From Octopus vulgaris (Eukaryota), in assembly GCA_951406725.2 (NCBI GenBank), contig OX597818.1, positions 89,404,001 through 89,468,000 of the forward strand: DNA of 64,000 bases. The letters are read 5' to 3'. Below the pieces are notes generated by a model. That model had not been told where the DNA came from. It worked only from the letters and a program-made list of their open reading frames with translations, and searched no databases. This document shows, piece after piece, positions 39,042-51,706 of the stretch. The position numbers were made by a program, and so were the translations under genes. Numbering within the stretch: the stretch's first letter is position 1; each line of letters opens with the position of its first letter.

Positions 39042-39207
39042 CTCTTTCCACATCTGAAACGAATGAAAAACAGAACGATTCCTAGGAGGATACAGATGCA
39101 GCCAACAACCAGGTAAGTGATGCCCAGAAAAGGATTCTTGCCTCCCAGCCATGACATTGTAGTCAACACAATACGTTTGGTGCCACCGAAACTGGTCACA
39201 GGATAAT
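39042..39207 (-). CDS. TMEM30A: CDC50A coding exon (second TM helix)
   Basis: (N)[54 protein letters not shown]; this frame is not in the ORF track; donor GTAAGT, phase 2. Confidence 0.93.
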
Positions 39208-39574
39208 CTGGGAGTCACTGGTTAAAGAAATCAACAAAACAAAACAACACAAAAAACACAGTTTCCTGTATGTGCATCTCAATTTTAGAGAATGTATATG
39301 TGTGTGTATATACGGCCCATGTTTTGCTTCATGGCAGTGAAACATGGGCTGTGACTGCTGAAGACATGCAAAGGTTCGAAAGAAATGAAGCTAGCATGAT
39401 CCACTGGATGTGTAATGTCAGTGTGCACATGTGACAGAGTGTAAGCGCCCGGAGAGAAACTTGGACATAAGAGGTATTTGATGTGACATGCAAAAGGAAT
39501 TAGCTGTCTTTTGGCTGCTATTTCTAAATTTTATGTATGTGGTGAAGCAACTTGTTGCTAAACCCTTAATTATA

Positions 39575-39612
<38 letters not shown>

Positions 39613-39937
39613 CATCCATCCATCCATCCACACACACACACACATATATATAACCTGTGTCAATGGGTATAAGTATGTGCTGTTCTTGTGGGTGTCTTTT
39701 ATTCATTTCAGTCATTAGATTGTGATCATGCTGGAGCACTGCCTTAAGGAAATTCTAGTCAAATCATCCCCAATACTTTTTTTCTTTTTTTTAAAACATG
39801 GTACTTACTCAGTCTGGTTGCTATATTTAGAAGGACAAAATACCCACATATAGGCTCCTTCATTGATTTGCATGAGAGAGTTGAAGAAAAAAAATGTCAT
39901 GATAATCAAAGAATTACAAACATAAAAACAAGGATAC
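39208..39937 (-). other. U12-type (minor spliceosome) GT-AG intron
   Basis: 5' site GTATCCTT; branch sequence TTTCTTTAAC (39230-39221) ending 13 nt from the exon; no polypyrimidine tract. Confidence 0.9.
39312..39492 (+). mobile_element. RTE LINE fragment inside the U12 intron
   Basis: LLHGSETWAVTAEDMQRFERNEASMIHWMCNVS (YGSETW-like motif). Confidence 0.72.
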
Positions 39938-40159
39938 TGTAGTTGATTGTTACCCAATATCTACCAGCCGGTAGATTATCCGAAAATATACCAGTATGGT
40001 TAATACGGCGGTGAAGTTTACGGAATGTTGGTAACGCTGCAGTGCGCATCCACACAATTAGATCTTCATTGTGGTAGCCATTATCATCATCTGTGTTGTT
40101 TGGATCAAGGTCCCAGATGCTCTTCTGCCAATAGGGAGGCTTAACATACTGTGAGTTCA
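39938..40159 (-). CDS. TMEM30A: CDC50A coding exon
   Basis: NSQYVKPPYW...GYHNEDLIVWMRTAALPTFRKLHRRI...YWVTINY. The acceptor ttcaAG at 40160 was chosen for phase compatibility and is less certain. Donor GTATCCTT is U12-type. Confidence 0.9.
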
Positions 40160-40434
40160 CTTGAATTGAAAGACGATTTCACATTTAAATAGCTTATCAG
40201 ATTTACATAGTTTGACTTTCTATCAATATCATATTACACGGTCAGTCCAAAATTACTTGTAATTTAATCAAGTTTATCTCCTTCAAAATAGCCCCTTCAA
40301 CTCTTAACACCCACACCAAATGATTTCCTGGTTTTGTTTTAATGCATTTAATTTACTCTCAAATATTAGAAGAATTAATTTTAGCAGAGAGTCACAATAA
40401 TTATAATAACAGTAAATAATATCTAATAACAATA

Positions 40435-41970
40435 AATTATTCAAATTTTGGCACAAGGCCAGGAAGGGTTGAGGAGGGTCAGCTGATTACATCAACCCCG
40501 GAACTTGGCAAGTATTTTATTTTATCAACTCCAAAAAGGATGAAGGGCAAAGTTGATCTCAGCAGGATTTAACCTCAGAAAGTACAAAGCTGGAAGAAAT
40601 GCTGCTGAGAGTTTTGTTCAATGCAGTATTGGTTCTACCAGCCTCCAAGCTTTCAAATAATTATAATTTCTTTCTACATTAGGCACAAGGCCTGAAATTT
40701 GGGGGGAGAGACTAGTCAACTACATTGACCCCACTGTGTGCAGCTGGTACTTATTTCATCAACCCAAAAGGGTGAAAGGCAAAGTCGACCTCAGCAGCAT
40801 TTGAACTCAAAACAGAAAGATGAACGAAATGTTGCTAAGCCTTTTGTCTGGCATGCTAACAATTCTGCCAGCTCACTGCCTTAAATAATAATTTATTTCT
40901 TTATTGCTCAGAGGGGGCTAAACATAGAGGGGACAAACAAGGCGATTAAGTCAATTACATTGACCCCAGTGATTAACTGGTACTTATTTAATTGACCTCA
41001 AAAGGATGAAAGGCAAAGTTGACCTCGGCGGAATTTGAACTCAGAACGTAACGGCAGATGAAATACCGCTAAGCATTTCGCCCTGCGTGCTAATGTTTCT
41101 GCCAGCTCGCCTTAAATAATAATAACAATATTCCCTTCTATTACAGGCACAAGAATTGAAATTTTGTGGGAAGAGGGCCAGTCAATTACATCAATGCCAG
41201 TGCTCAACTGGTACTTATTTCATTAACCCCAAAAGAATGAAAGGCAAAGTCAACCTCAACAGAATTTGAACTCAGAACATTAAGAAAGACGAAATGCCAC
41301 AGTGCATTTCACTCAGCATGCTAACAATTCTGCCAGTTCATCACCTTTATAAATTTCAAATTTTGGCACAAGACCAGCAATTTCAGAGCAGTGGGGGAGT
41401 CAATTACATCGACATCAGTGTGCAACTGGTACTTACGTCATCAACTGGTTGGCATTTGAACTCAAAACATAAAGATGGATGAAATGCTGCTAAGCATTTT
41501 GTACAGCATGCTAAAGGTTCTGCCAACTCACTGCCTTAAATAATAATAATAATAATAATAATCCTTTCAACTAAAGGCACAAGGCCTAAAATTTCAGGGG
41601 AGGGGACAAGTCGATTACATCAACCCCAGTGTTTTACTTAATTTATCAACCCCAAAAGGATGAAAGTCAAAGTCGATCTCAGCAGAATTTGAACTCAGAA
41701 TGCAAAGACAGGCAAAAATGTCACTAAGCATTTTGCCCGGCATGCTAACAATTCTGCCAACTCGCCGCTTTAATAATAATCCTTTCTACTATAGGCACAA
41801 GGCCTGAAATTTGTGGGAGGGGGATAGTCAATTACATCAACCCCAGTGTTTCACTTGTACTTAATTTATCAACCCCAAATGGATGAAAGGCAAAGTCGAC
41901 CTTGGCGGAATTTGAACTCAGAACGTAAAAACAGACAAAATGCCGTTATGCATTTTGCCTGGCATACTAA
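40435..41970 (-). repeat. Tandem array of about 7 SINE family A copies separated by (AAT)n
   Basis: Recurring GGCACAAGGCC...GGATGAAAGGCAAAGTCGACCTC...GAATTTGAACTCAGAAC...GCTAACAATTCTGCCAG every ~200-240 bp. Confidence 0.85.
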
Positions 41971-42042
41971 CAATTATAATTACAAACAACACAGAAGAAA
42001 AAAATAAACAAGAAACACAGAAGAAAATATAAGTGTCTTTAC

Positions 42043-42153
42043 ATGGCTGTGATGGGTTACGAAATTTCACTTTCTTATCAGAATCCCAAGCAATCCCAGT
42101 CTTGATCAGTGGCACAGTTCTTGATCTGTTCACATAGTCCAATTGGAAAGAAT
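42043..42153 (-). CDS. TMEM30A: CDC50A coding exon
   Basis: (D)SFQLDYVNRSRTVPLIKTGIAWDSDKKVKFRNPSQP; taacAG / GTAAAG, phase 1/1. Confidence 0.88.
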
Positions 42154-42904
42154 CTGTTAAAATAAAATAGAAAATGTAAACCATTAGTATTTAAGATTTC
42201 GCATTGCAAAAAAAAAAAAAAAAAAAAACATGAAAAGAAACACAAACATTATTTTGGAAGAGAACAATTGTTTTAACACTTCGCCTACCAACCCTATTTT
42301 GTATCATATTTTGTTATGAATTATGCATTTTCTTCCCAACCACATGGTTCCAGATTCAGTACCCACTGCATGGCGCCTTGAGTAAGTGTCTTCTTGGGTT
42401 GACCAAAGCCTCATCAGTGGATTTGGTAGGTGGAAACTGAAAGAAGCCCATTGTATGTGTGTGTGTGTGTGTGTGCTCTGTTTGTTCCCCACCAGCACTT
42501 GACAACTGGTTTTGGTGTGTTTATATCCTCATGACTTAGCAGTTCAGCAAAATGGTCCAATAGAATAAGTATCAGGCTTCAAAAAGACAATACTGAGGTT
42601 GATTCATTCGACCAAAAATTATTCAAGGTAGTGCCCCAGCATGACCACAGTCTTATGACTGAAACAAGTAAAAGATAAAAGATATACATGTTCTAGTTTA
42701 CTGTATAAACTACTACAATATTTTATAGCATGGGTGTCACCTGTAACTCCTGTGGTACAGAACAAATATTATATTCATTTTGTGCTGTGGGAGTTACCAG
42801 TGAAGCACATCCATTTTCAATATTGGAGCAGTCCTCTGGCTCACCAGCTTCTACCAAACCATCCATCCAATCCATGCCAACTTTGAAAATGGGCATTAAA
42901 TGAA

Positions 42905-43632
42905 GATCTTTACCTTTTGACCGACAGATTTAAAAAATAATTTTTTGTAACTAAACACTTTCAAACTTTGTATACTGATAGAATGTGTCACATAAAACAT
43001 CTTTTACTCTTGGCGTTGTTGAAAAGATTCTGTATTTTGGAAGTTATTTCTTGTTAAAGTTGTTGTATTTCAGTAATTTCAACCAATCAATGATGTGTAT
43101 TCAGCTGAATAAAATTACTGCCATTGTTTGTCAACAACTTCCAGCAGTGTATATGTCGTTTGTCACTGTTATTTATGACATATTTCATCTCAGTTACGTT
43201 TGTATGAATAAACGAGTGTATATGAAGCATGTTTACTTCATTGCACCACCATAATCGTTCGTGCTTCATTTTTCATTTTTTTCCCATAACTCTAACCCTA
43301 AAACCCCAACACCTTAACCCTAACCCTAAAACCAGTACAAACACACGAACGATGTCATAAATAACCGCGACAAACGAAATATGCACCGCCGATAGTTGTT
43401 ATTGACAAACAACAGCAGTAATTTTATTCAGCTGAATACATGTCATTGATTGGTTGAAATTACTGAAATACGACAACTTTAACAAGAAATAACTTCCAAA
43501 ATACAGAATTTTCTCAACAACGCCAAGAGTAAAAGATGTTTTATATGACACATTCTACTAGTATACAAAGTCTGAAAGTGTTTAGATACAAAAAATTATT
43601 TTTTTAAATCTGTCAGTCAAAAGGTAAAGATC
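42905..43632. mobile_element. Foldback/MITE with ~300-bp terminal inverted repeats and central (TAACCC)-like repeats
   Basis: GATCTTTACCTTTTGAC... / ...GTCAAAAGGTAAAGATC ends; arms pair from ~42905-43205 to ~43335-43632; centre CTAACCCTAAAACCCC..TTAACCCTAACCCTAAAACC. Confidence 0.85.
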
Positions 43633-44356
43633 CTTAAATAACGAGGATGACAGGGAAGAAAAATGACACATTAAAGGCGCTCATGCCAGTGACATGTAAA
43701 GGAGACCCGGTATATTCTATGAAGTGGGTGGCTTTAAGAAGAATAGGGCAGACTGGAGCCTGATGCAGCCCTCTGGTTTACCAGATCCAGTCAAACCCAT
43801 ACAAGCATGGAAAACAGACACAAAATGATGATAGATACACTATGTCTGAATAAAAGACAGGAGTGTCACACTTGGAACGTTTGATCATAATCAAGGCTGA
43901 GCTGGAGGTTAAACAGCAATTATAAACATGCATAATATAAAATATAAATATGTGTATATAAAAGGTAGACTCTGTATGTGTGTGTGTGTGTGTACATGAA
44001 TGCAATTTATGCACGTCCACCAATTAGCACGCATGTCGCTCCAATTTTAGGAGGACATTCGTCATGACTCTAGCTGTATTTTTGTCAACTTATTTTCCCC
44101 CAGAGGCACCAGCGAATAGCAGTAAAAATAAAATTTTCAACCAAAACATTTAACAATTTTCAAGTTGGAGAAATCACCACTGTTTGCAAACAGGTGTTGA
44201 GTCCCCTTCTAGCGACAAGTAAGTTTTTGTTAAGACTTTTGTTTTTTTCCCATTGTGGAAAAAAGTGTTTTGTTGATGTACGGGCAACACACACACACGA
44301 ACATGTATGCTATAGGCATACGTGTGTGTATGTTGCTCATATATATATATATATAT

Positions 44357-45001
44357 ACTAGCAGTAATACCCGTCGTTCATCAGATAATTACTTTTACTC
44401 TTTCTCAGCAGTCACATTCAAAGTATTATTATATATATAATAGATCTCTCAACAGGGATTTCAAGGAGTCGCTGGCGATGTATCATGATGATCAAAAATC
44501 CGGCCTGCTAAAATTTGGTTAAAGTGATTCAAACTGCAGACTCAATGCAAAATGGTCACATTTAATTCAAAGTATTAAAAATGTTATGAAAACAATTGGT
44601 ATCTGTTCACAAAGTCCAAACAATTAATATGAAAAAACCCTCCAGGCTACATCCCGAAAATTCATTTCTTTGCCGAATTTCTACAATGTTTACGGCGATT
44701 CGTTTTTATATCTTGATTTTTTTATTTTTCATGAAATTTACGCATGCTTGCACGCGTGGTGAACACAGTTCACGTCAAACAGCTGACTGAGTAAAATTCA
44801 CTATTCAATGCATGGGATAAGGCCTAAACAAACACATTATCAATTTTTGCACTTGCGAGATGAATTTCAGAACAGAAATAGCGCAGATCAATTCTCATTC
44901 GCCTAAACTTTAAGTGACCCATTTTTGGTGGTTCTACGATTTGTTGGCTAGGAGGAGATGTGCCGGGAAGTTAAACACACAGACACACACACACAGGTTG
45001 A

Positions 45002-45049
<48 letters not shown>

Positions 45050-45170
45050 CAATTTCAACAGATTTCGCCCAAATTTGATGTCGATATTACTTAGTTTGGT
45101 TTGAAATAAAGAATTTGATTAGCTTAATATCCTAACTTAATCCCGGGCAAAGCCGGGTTATACTGCTAGT
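44357..45170. mobile_element. Two non-autonomous Helitron-like elements joined 5'-to-5' across a (TA)n tract
   Basis: Plus copy ends CCCGGGCAAAGCCGGG hairpin + CTAGT (45142-45170). Minus copy ends at ACTAGCAG (44358). Both start with TATATATAAAA. A further 5' end (ATCTATTATATAAAA) lies on minus at ~63194. Confidence 0.62.
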
Positions 45171-45210
45171 ACAAAATAAAATAGAGAAGAGTTAATTTGA
45201 ATCAACATAC

Positions 45211-45409
45211 CATTGAACAAACTGTTAGCTATAGCACCACATGGTGCATAACCAATTGTTTTGTTGTACAGACGGAATGGCTCACATTCTCGGACAAGTT
45301 CATTTGGTGGGAATATATCGCCCTTTAGCTGCCTATCATCCCGGGAACGGACATAGCGTCGGTGATTCTGATAAAAGTTGGTCAGTCCATAATACAAGTA
45401 CACTGGGGC
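45211..45409 (-). CDS. TMEM30A: CDC50A coding exon
   Basis: APVYLYYGLTNFYQNHRRYVRSRDDRQL...APCGAIANSLFN; gacAG / GTATGT, phase 0/1. Confidence 0.95.
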
Positions 45410-46558
45410 CTGTCAAGACAAAAGAGAATTCATTTTAAAATAGTCCTTTCCTAACAAAATTGTTGTGTGTATTCCATTTTCATCATCATTATCATCATCG
45501 TTTAACATCCACTTTCAATGCTAGCATGGGTTGGACAATTTTGACTGAGGGCTGGCGAACCAGACGGCCGCACCAGGCTCCAATCTTGATCTGGCAGAGT
45601 TTCTACAGCTAGATGCCCTTCCTAACACCAACCACTCTCAGAGTTCTTGGTGTTAGAAAGGGCATCCAGCTGTAGAGACCAAGCCAAAATCGGACTGGAG
45701 CCTGGTGCAGCTCCCCAGCTTTCAGTCAAAACTGTCCAACCCATGCCAGCATGGAAAACAAATGTTAAATGATGATGATGATGGATGGATGATGATGGAT
45801 AATGATGGATGGTTGGATGATGGATGGATGGATGATGATGGATGGATGATGATGATGGATGGATGATGATGGATGATAGATGATGATAGATGATGATGGA
45901 TGAGGATGATGGCTGACGATGATGAGGAGGAGGTACATATGCATGTGTGAGTGTGTGTATGTTTGTGTCTGCGTGATGACTTTGCGTGAGTTCGTGTAAA
46001 TGACTGTCATTCATTTCCAGTATTCTGAAAAATCATGGATATAACCCAGCATCAGTGATAGGATATAAATCAATAATCACCCAGTTGGTCATCTAGTAAC
46101 CTTATTGAACGAGAAACAAATACATGGGGAAACAGAGATAAGGGTATGGAGAAAAGAAAAGCAAACAGAGATAGAGATACGAAAAGAAAAACAGAGATGC
46201 TCTCTCTTTCTCTTACACACACACACACACAAAGGTAAAAACAGATATAAGAAAACAGATAACTACACATATATACACATATGTATATGAGCAGAGACAG
46301 ATATAAGAAAACAGAGGCATACTCACACGCATACATCAGAGACAAAAAGATGGAAGAACACATGCAAACATACACACACAGAGGCAAGCATCAGGCACAC
46401 ATACATGCATATAGGGGCAAACAGTGTGATTTCAGTCACTCAATACAACAGATAATACAGAGAGAGAGGTAGAGGTGTGAAAGTAAGAAAGACTGAGAGA
46501 GAAGGAGGGAGACAGCGGTAGAAAGAGAGAGGCAGAGCTGTGTGAAGAAATCCCTTAC

Positions 46559-46699
46559 CTTAAAGTTATTCTTGAGATCAATCTCTATACGACACTGACA
46601 GTTAGATGTACTGTTGATCTTGAGGATTTCAGAGCAGGTTGTATTGGCAGTACTCTGAATACTAACACAGTGGGTGTAGTCAGCTGTTATTTCCATCAC
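46559..46699 (-). CDS. TMEM30A: CDC50A coding exon
   Basis: VMEITADYTHC...CQCRIEIDLKNNFK; ctgcAG / GTAAGG, phase 0/0. Confidence 0.9.
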
Positions 46700-47233
46700 C
46701 TGCAGTAAAAGACAAACGTACAGTTGCACTGTTCAGTTATTTATCCACACTCATTACAAGGGACCCACTTCTATGTTGGGAGTACAACACAGCAAGAAAA
46801 ATCTCAACAACTAACATTTCAGCAAGTGCCACAACTTAGTAAGCACTAACATTCACACATCTATACACACACACACCACATATATCTATCTATCTTAATT
46901 TCACAACAAAAGATCTTATCTTAGACCCTTTCATTACACCATACACACACACAGACATATATATATATATAGGCATGGCTGTGTGGTAAGAAGCTTGGGC
47001 AAGTGTCTTCTACTATAGCCTTGAGAGTGGATACGGTAGATGGAAACTGAAAGCCCATCATATATATATATAGGTGCCGGAGTGGCTGTGTGGTAAGTAG
47101 CTTGCTTACCAACCACATGGTTCCGGGTTCAGTCCCATTGCATGGGACCTTGGACAAGTGTCTTTTACTATAACCTTAGGTCGACCAAAGCCTTGTGAAT
47201 GGATTTGGTAGACGGAAACTAAAAGAAGTCTGT

Positions 47234-47305
<72 letters not shown>

Positions 47306-48104
47306 AACAGGTTGCTTGACTGCATACCGAAAAATAGAAATAGCAGTCAAGAATGCTTATTTCTATCAAAGTTGGACTCCAGGCACGACAAACCCTGTAA
47401 TTCACATACGCAAAACAGAAGGAAAAAGCCTTTAAAAGCCTTTATAGAAATTATTTACTCTTATCATTATATTACTATTTGGATTTTTCACTCCCTTTGA
47501 CAACCTAATTGTTCCCATCTTACGGAACTATTTTTGTAATGCGCATGGCAAAATTTTGGAGGGAAGATTTATGAATTCAAACGTCTATGTAGGTTTAGCT
47601 TTTGCTCACTTTCTTCAAATATTTTGATGTCGCATGGTCAGAAGGTTTGAGGTACGTAGCATTTGATAAATCTATGATAAATCTTTTTCAATGGAAAGCT
47701 GTGCTGAAGAAGGATGTGAAATATATATGCAATATATATGAAATATATCAAAAATATATGGAATATATATTCAATATGTTTATAATCCAGAAACATGATG
47801 TTCACAGATAACCGCCAGACTTCGTATTCGTTATCTATTCCTTCTGTTTTGCGTATGTGAATTACAGGGTCTGGCATGCCCGGAGTCCAACTTTGATAGA
47901 AATAAGCATTCTTGACTGCTATTTCTATTTTTTCAGTATGCGGTCAAGCAACCTGTTTTGCCTGTCCCTTTTTCTTATATACAATATATATACTGAACTT
48001 TACAGAAGTTCCTGCCGGTAATCGGCTATATTTACATACCGAATTCTACCAGTAAATAATTGGGTTTTTTTTAAAAGCCTTTATAGAAATTATTTACTCT
48101 TATC

Positions 48105-48109
<5 letters not shown>
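47306..48109 (+). mobile_element. Non-coding HHR-bearing element (retrozyme-like / non-autonomous PLE) with partial tandem and inverted 5' copy, in (TA)n
   Basis: Inverted repeat 47306-47424 / 47838-47957; 40-bp direct repeat 47431-47470 / 48070-48109 defines a 639-bp unit; (TA)n on both sides. Confidence 0.8.
47699..47807 (+). ncRNA. Type I hammerhead ribozyme with long AT-rich stem II insert
   Basis: Stem I CTGTG/CACAG; CTGAAGA (47704-47710); GGAT...ATCC; GAAA; stem III ACA-TGA-TGT; GUU triplet. An A-A apposition sits at the stem II base. Confidence 0.72.
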
Positions 48110-48171
<62 letters not shown>

Positions 48172-50573
48172 TTATGTGCCTGTGTTTCTCCCCAAAACAT
48201 CGCTTGACAACCGATGCCAGTGTGTTTATGCCCCCATAACTTAGCAGTTCGGCAAAACAGACTGATAGAATAAGTACTAGGTTTACAAAGAATAAGTCCT
48301 GGGGTCAATTTGCTCAACTGAAGGTGGTGCTCCAGCATGGCTATAGTCAAATGACTAAAACAAGTAAAAGAATATATATATATATGTGTATCTTTGTGTC
48401 TATGTTTGTCCCCCTCCACAGCTTGACAGCCGGTGCTAGTGCGTTTACATCCCTGTAACTTTGGTTATAATGACCAATGGAATAAGTACCAGGCTTATAA
48501 AAAATAAGTACTGGGGTCGATACATTCAAGCAACATTCTTCAAGGCAGTGCCCCAGCATGGCCGCAGTCTAATGACTGAAGCAAGATATATATATATATC
48601 TTTATTGCCCACAGAAGGCTAAACATAGAGGGGACAATCAAGGGGATTAAGTCGATTACAGCGACCCCAGTGCCTCACTGGTACTTATTTAATCAACCCT
48701 GAAAGGATGAAAGCAAAGTCGACCACAGTGGAATTTGAACTCAGAACATAACGGCAGCCAAAATACTGCTAAGCATTTCGCCCAGTGTGCTAACGTTTCT
48801 GCCAGAGTGCCACCCTATATAAAAGATATATACACACACACACACACACACACATATAGAGGGTGCTCTGGCTAAATTTAACAGTTTGCATAAAAGGAAA
48901 AGAAAACACAATATCCCAAGCAAAGATAAAAAAAATTTCAAAAATATCAGAAAATACCAATTTTGCTTACAGCTGAGAGATAATAATTTAATCCAAGTAG
49001 CTGCCCTCAACTTCCACCACAGCCTCAAAACAACCCCAGAACCTGACAAGTGTTTCTGTGTCCCTGAGAAGATCTTCAAATACTTCATCAATCTTATTTC
49101 TTTACTGCCGACAATGGGCTACACACAGAGGGGACAAACAAGGACAGACAAACTGATTAAGTCGATTACATTGACCCCAGTGCATAACTGGTACTTATTT
49201 AATCGACCCCGAAAGGATGAAAGGCAAAGTCAACCTCGGCAGAATTTGAACTCAGAACGTAACGGCAGACGAAATACCGCCAAGCATTTCGCCCGGTGTG
49301 CTGACGATTCTGCCAGCTCACCACCTTATCTTGGCCACTTGCTAAGCCTTGGTGTTGCAAGCAGTAGTTGGTGCCTTTCTCAGGCACACACTACACAGTA
49401 AAAGGGTAAAGACCCCACTTCAGTCAGGAATGTGATCATAGGATTGCTCCTAGAACGTACCCCTCCAAGGCACATGTCCGGGCAAGGTTGTTTGTGGAAG
49501 ACCAGTAGTCGCCCATGCATACCAACCTCCCCTCTCCACACCACCAATGTTATCCAAAGCAAAGATCAATACAGCTTGGAACCAGTGACATTGCAACTCA
49601 TTACAACAGTTGAGTGAATTAGAGCAACATGAAATAGTGTTTTGCTCAATAATACAACACACAGCCCAGTCTGAGAATTGAACTCAGTACCGCATGATGG
49701 TGAGCCCAACGCTCTAACTACTGAGCCAGGTGCTTTCACAGTAATCTATGGGATTACAATCAGGAGAATGAGGCCAGAAATTGGGGCTGAATCCTGCAGC
49801 CAAACATATGGCTTTCAAGCAGCAACCTTCTCAAGGCAAAATTTGACCACAGTCTCCAGTAGCTTCACATAGCCACCTGATCTGAACTTAAGGACCTGTT
49901 CATCAGTTGTTGGATGAATTCTGGCATGCAGGCACAGCCAGAATGCTTGCTGTGTCCCTTCCTGCTGGTCATGGCTTTGTAGTCTCTATTGCAGCTATCC
50001 ATGTCACAGAACACTGAACAACAGTCATGATGTTGACATGAATCATCATGATACAGGTAACTGTTTTCCAATATTCAGATGACTTCCAGTCCGCCGTGTC
50101 AGCTGACTTTTTCTCAATTGCAACTTCAATCTTTATATTCTCCAATGCTGTTGACTATTCACCAATACATCAAGCTGTTCCCAAAAAAGGAAACAAAAAA
50201 AAACATCAGTTATCCCAAACACCTTGTGTGTGTGTGTGTGTGTATAGGTGTGGCTGTGCTGGCAGAAACATTAACACACCAGACGAAATGCTTAGCGGTA
50301 TTTCATCTGCTGTTACGTTCTGAGTTCAAATTACGTTGACTTTGCCTTTCATCCTTTCGGGATCGATAAATTAAGTACCAGTTATGCACTGGGGTCAATG
50401 TAATCGACTTAATCCCTTTGTCTATCCTTGTTTGTCCTCTCTATGTTTAGCCCCTTGTGGGCAATAAAGAAATAAGAAGCTTGCTTCCCAACCACATGGT
50501 TCCAGGTTCAGTCTCACTGCGTGAGCCAACCAAAGCCTTGTGAGTGGATTTGGTAGATGGAAACTGAAAGAAG

Positions 50574-50604
<31 letters not shown>

Positions 50605-50904
50605 CTGTCCCCCTACCATCACTTGACAACCAATGTTGGTGTGTTTACGTCCCTGTTACTTAGCAATTTGGCAAAAGAAACTGATAGCATAAGTCCTGGG
50701 GCCGATTTCTTCAATTAAAACCCTTTAAGGTGGTGCTCCAGCATAGCCACAGTCAAATGACTGAAGCAAGTAAAAGAATATACATATATCTCAATATAAT
50801 GAACCCCGCATCCAAAATCTTAACTATTCTGAAAATCAATTGGAACATAAAAGCAGTCAACAGATGAGGAAAACAATCATGAATTGGTTAATGTGATCAC
50901 TTAC

Positions 50905-51038
50905 ATGGTTTGATGTCAGCAGTAGGACAGCTCCGAGAGGAATGAAGGTGATTCCAAGAGCAAAGAATGCTGGAAGAACAGTTTCTGCTGTTAGAATAGG
51001 CTGCCATGCAGGGAGACGTTGCTGCTTAAACTTTGTAT
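50905..51038 (-). CDS. TMEM30A: CDC50A/TMEM30A P4-ATPase flippase beta subunit, first visible coding exon (start exon lies upstream, probably beyond the window)
   Basis: (D)[25 protein letters not shown]...LLTSNH with hallmark [11 protein letters not shown]; acceptor tcttctAG phase 1, donor GTAAGT. Confidence 0.94.
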
Positions 51039-51270
51039 CTAGAAGAAAACAGAAAAAGAAAAGAAAAAAAATAATAATAATAATAAAAAGAGGATGTAAG
51101 GTCAACGTAGGAGATAATTAAATGGCACTGACCAAGGGGATATAACTCATGTTTAGAGCTAAGCTCTACAGTTAATAATCTTTCAAACACACTTTCTAAT
51201 AAACAGAAATTTATTGAAAACAATTTGATAGAAACATAAAAAAGCTTAAGTTCTTTCTTCAAAACTGACA

Positions 51271-51706
51271 AGGCGTAGGAGTGGCTGTGTGGTAAGTAGC
51301 TTGCTTACCAACCACATAGTTCCAGGTTCAGTCCCACTGTGTGGCACCTTGGGCAAGTGTCTTCTACTATAGCCTCAGGCTGACCAAAGCCTTGTGAGTG
51401 GATTTGGGAGACGGAAACTGAAAGAAGCCCATCATATATATATGTATATGTGTGTGTGTGTGTGTGTGTGTTTGTCTGTATTTGTCCCCCCAACATCGCT
51501 TGACAACCGATGCTGGTGTGTTTACGTCCCTGTAACTTAGCAGTTTGGCATAAGAGACCGATAGAATAAGTACTAGGCTTCCAAAGAATAAGTCCTGGGG
51601 TTCATTTGCTCGACTAAAGACAGTGCTCCAGCATGGCCACAGTCAAATGACTGAAACAAGTAACAGAGTAAAAGTCTAATTCAAATGACTGAAACAAGTA
51701 AAAGAG
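51271..51706 (+). mobile_element. tRNA-derived SINE family B (CORE-like CCTTGGGCAAGT box, internal TA/TG microsatellite)
   Basis: GGAGTGGCTGTGTGGTAAG head, GGTTCAGTCCC B box, TGACTGAAACAAGTAAAAGA tail. Other copies at 1890-2258, 9230-9610, 9620-9965, 25205-25497(-), 28352-28738(-), 42330-42680, 47072-48370 (split), 50475-50780, 58812-59238(-). Confidence 0.88.

Noticed and set aside
43290-43333. Interstitial telomere or chromosome fusion scar
   Set aside because: Only a few degenerate units, located centrally in a foldback element.
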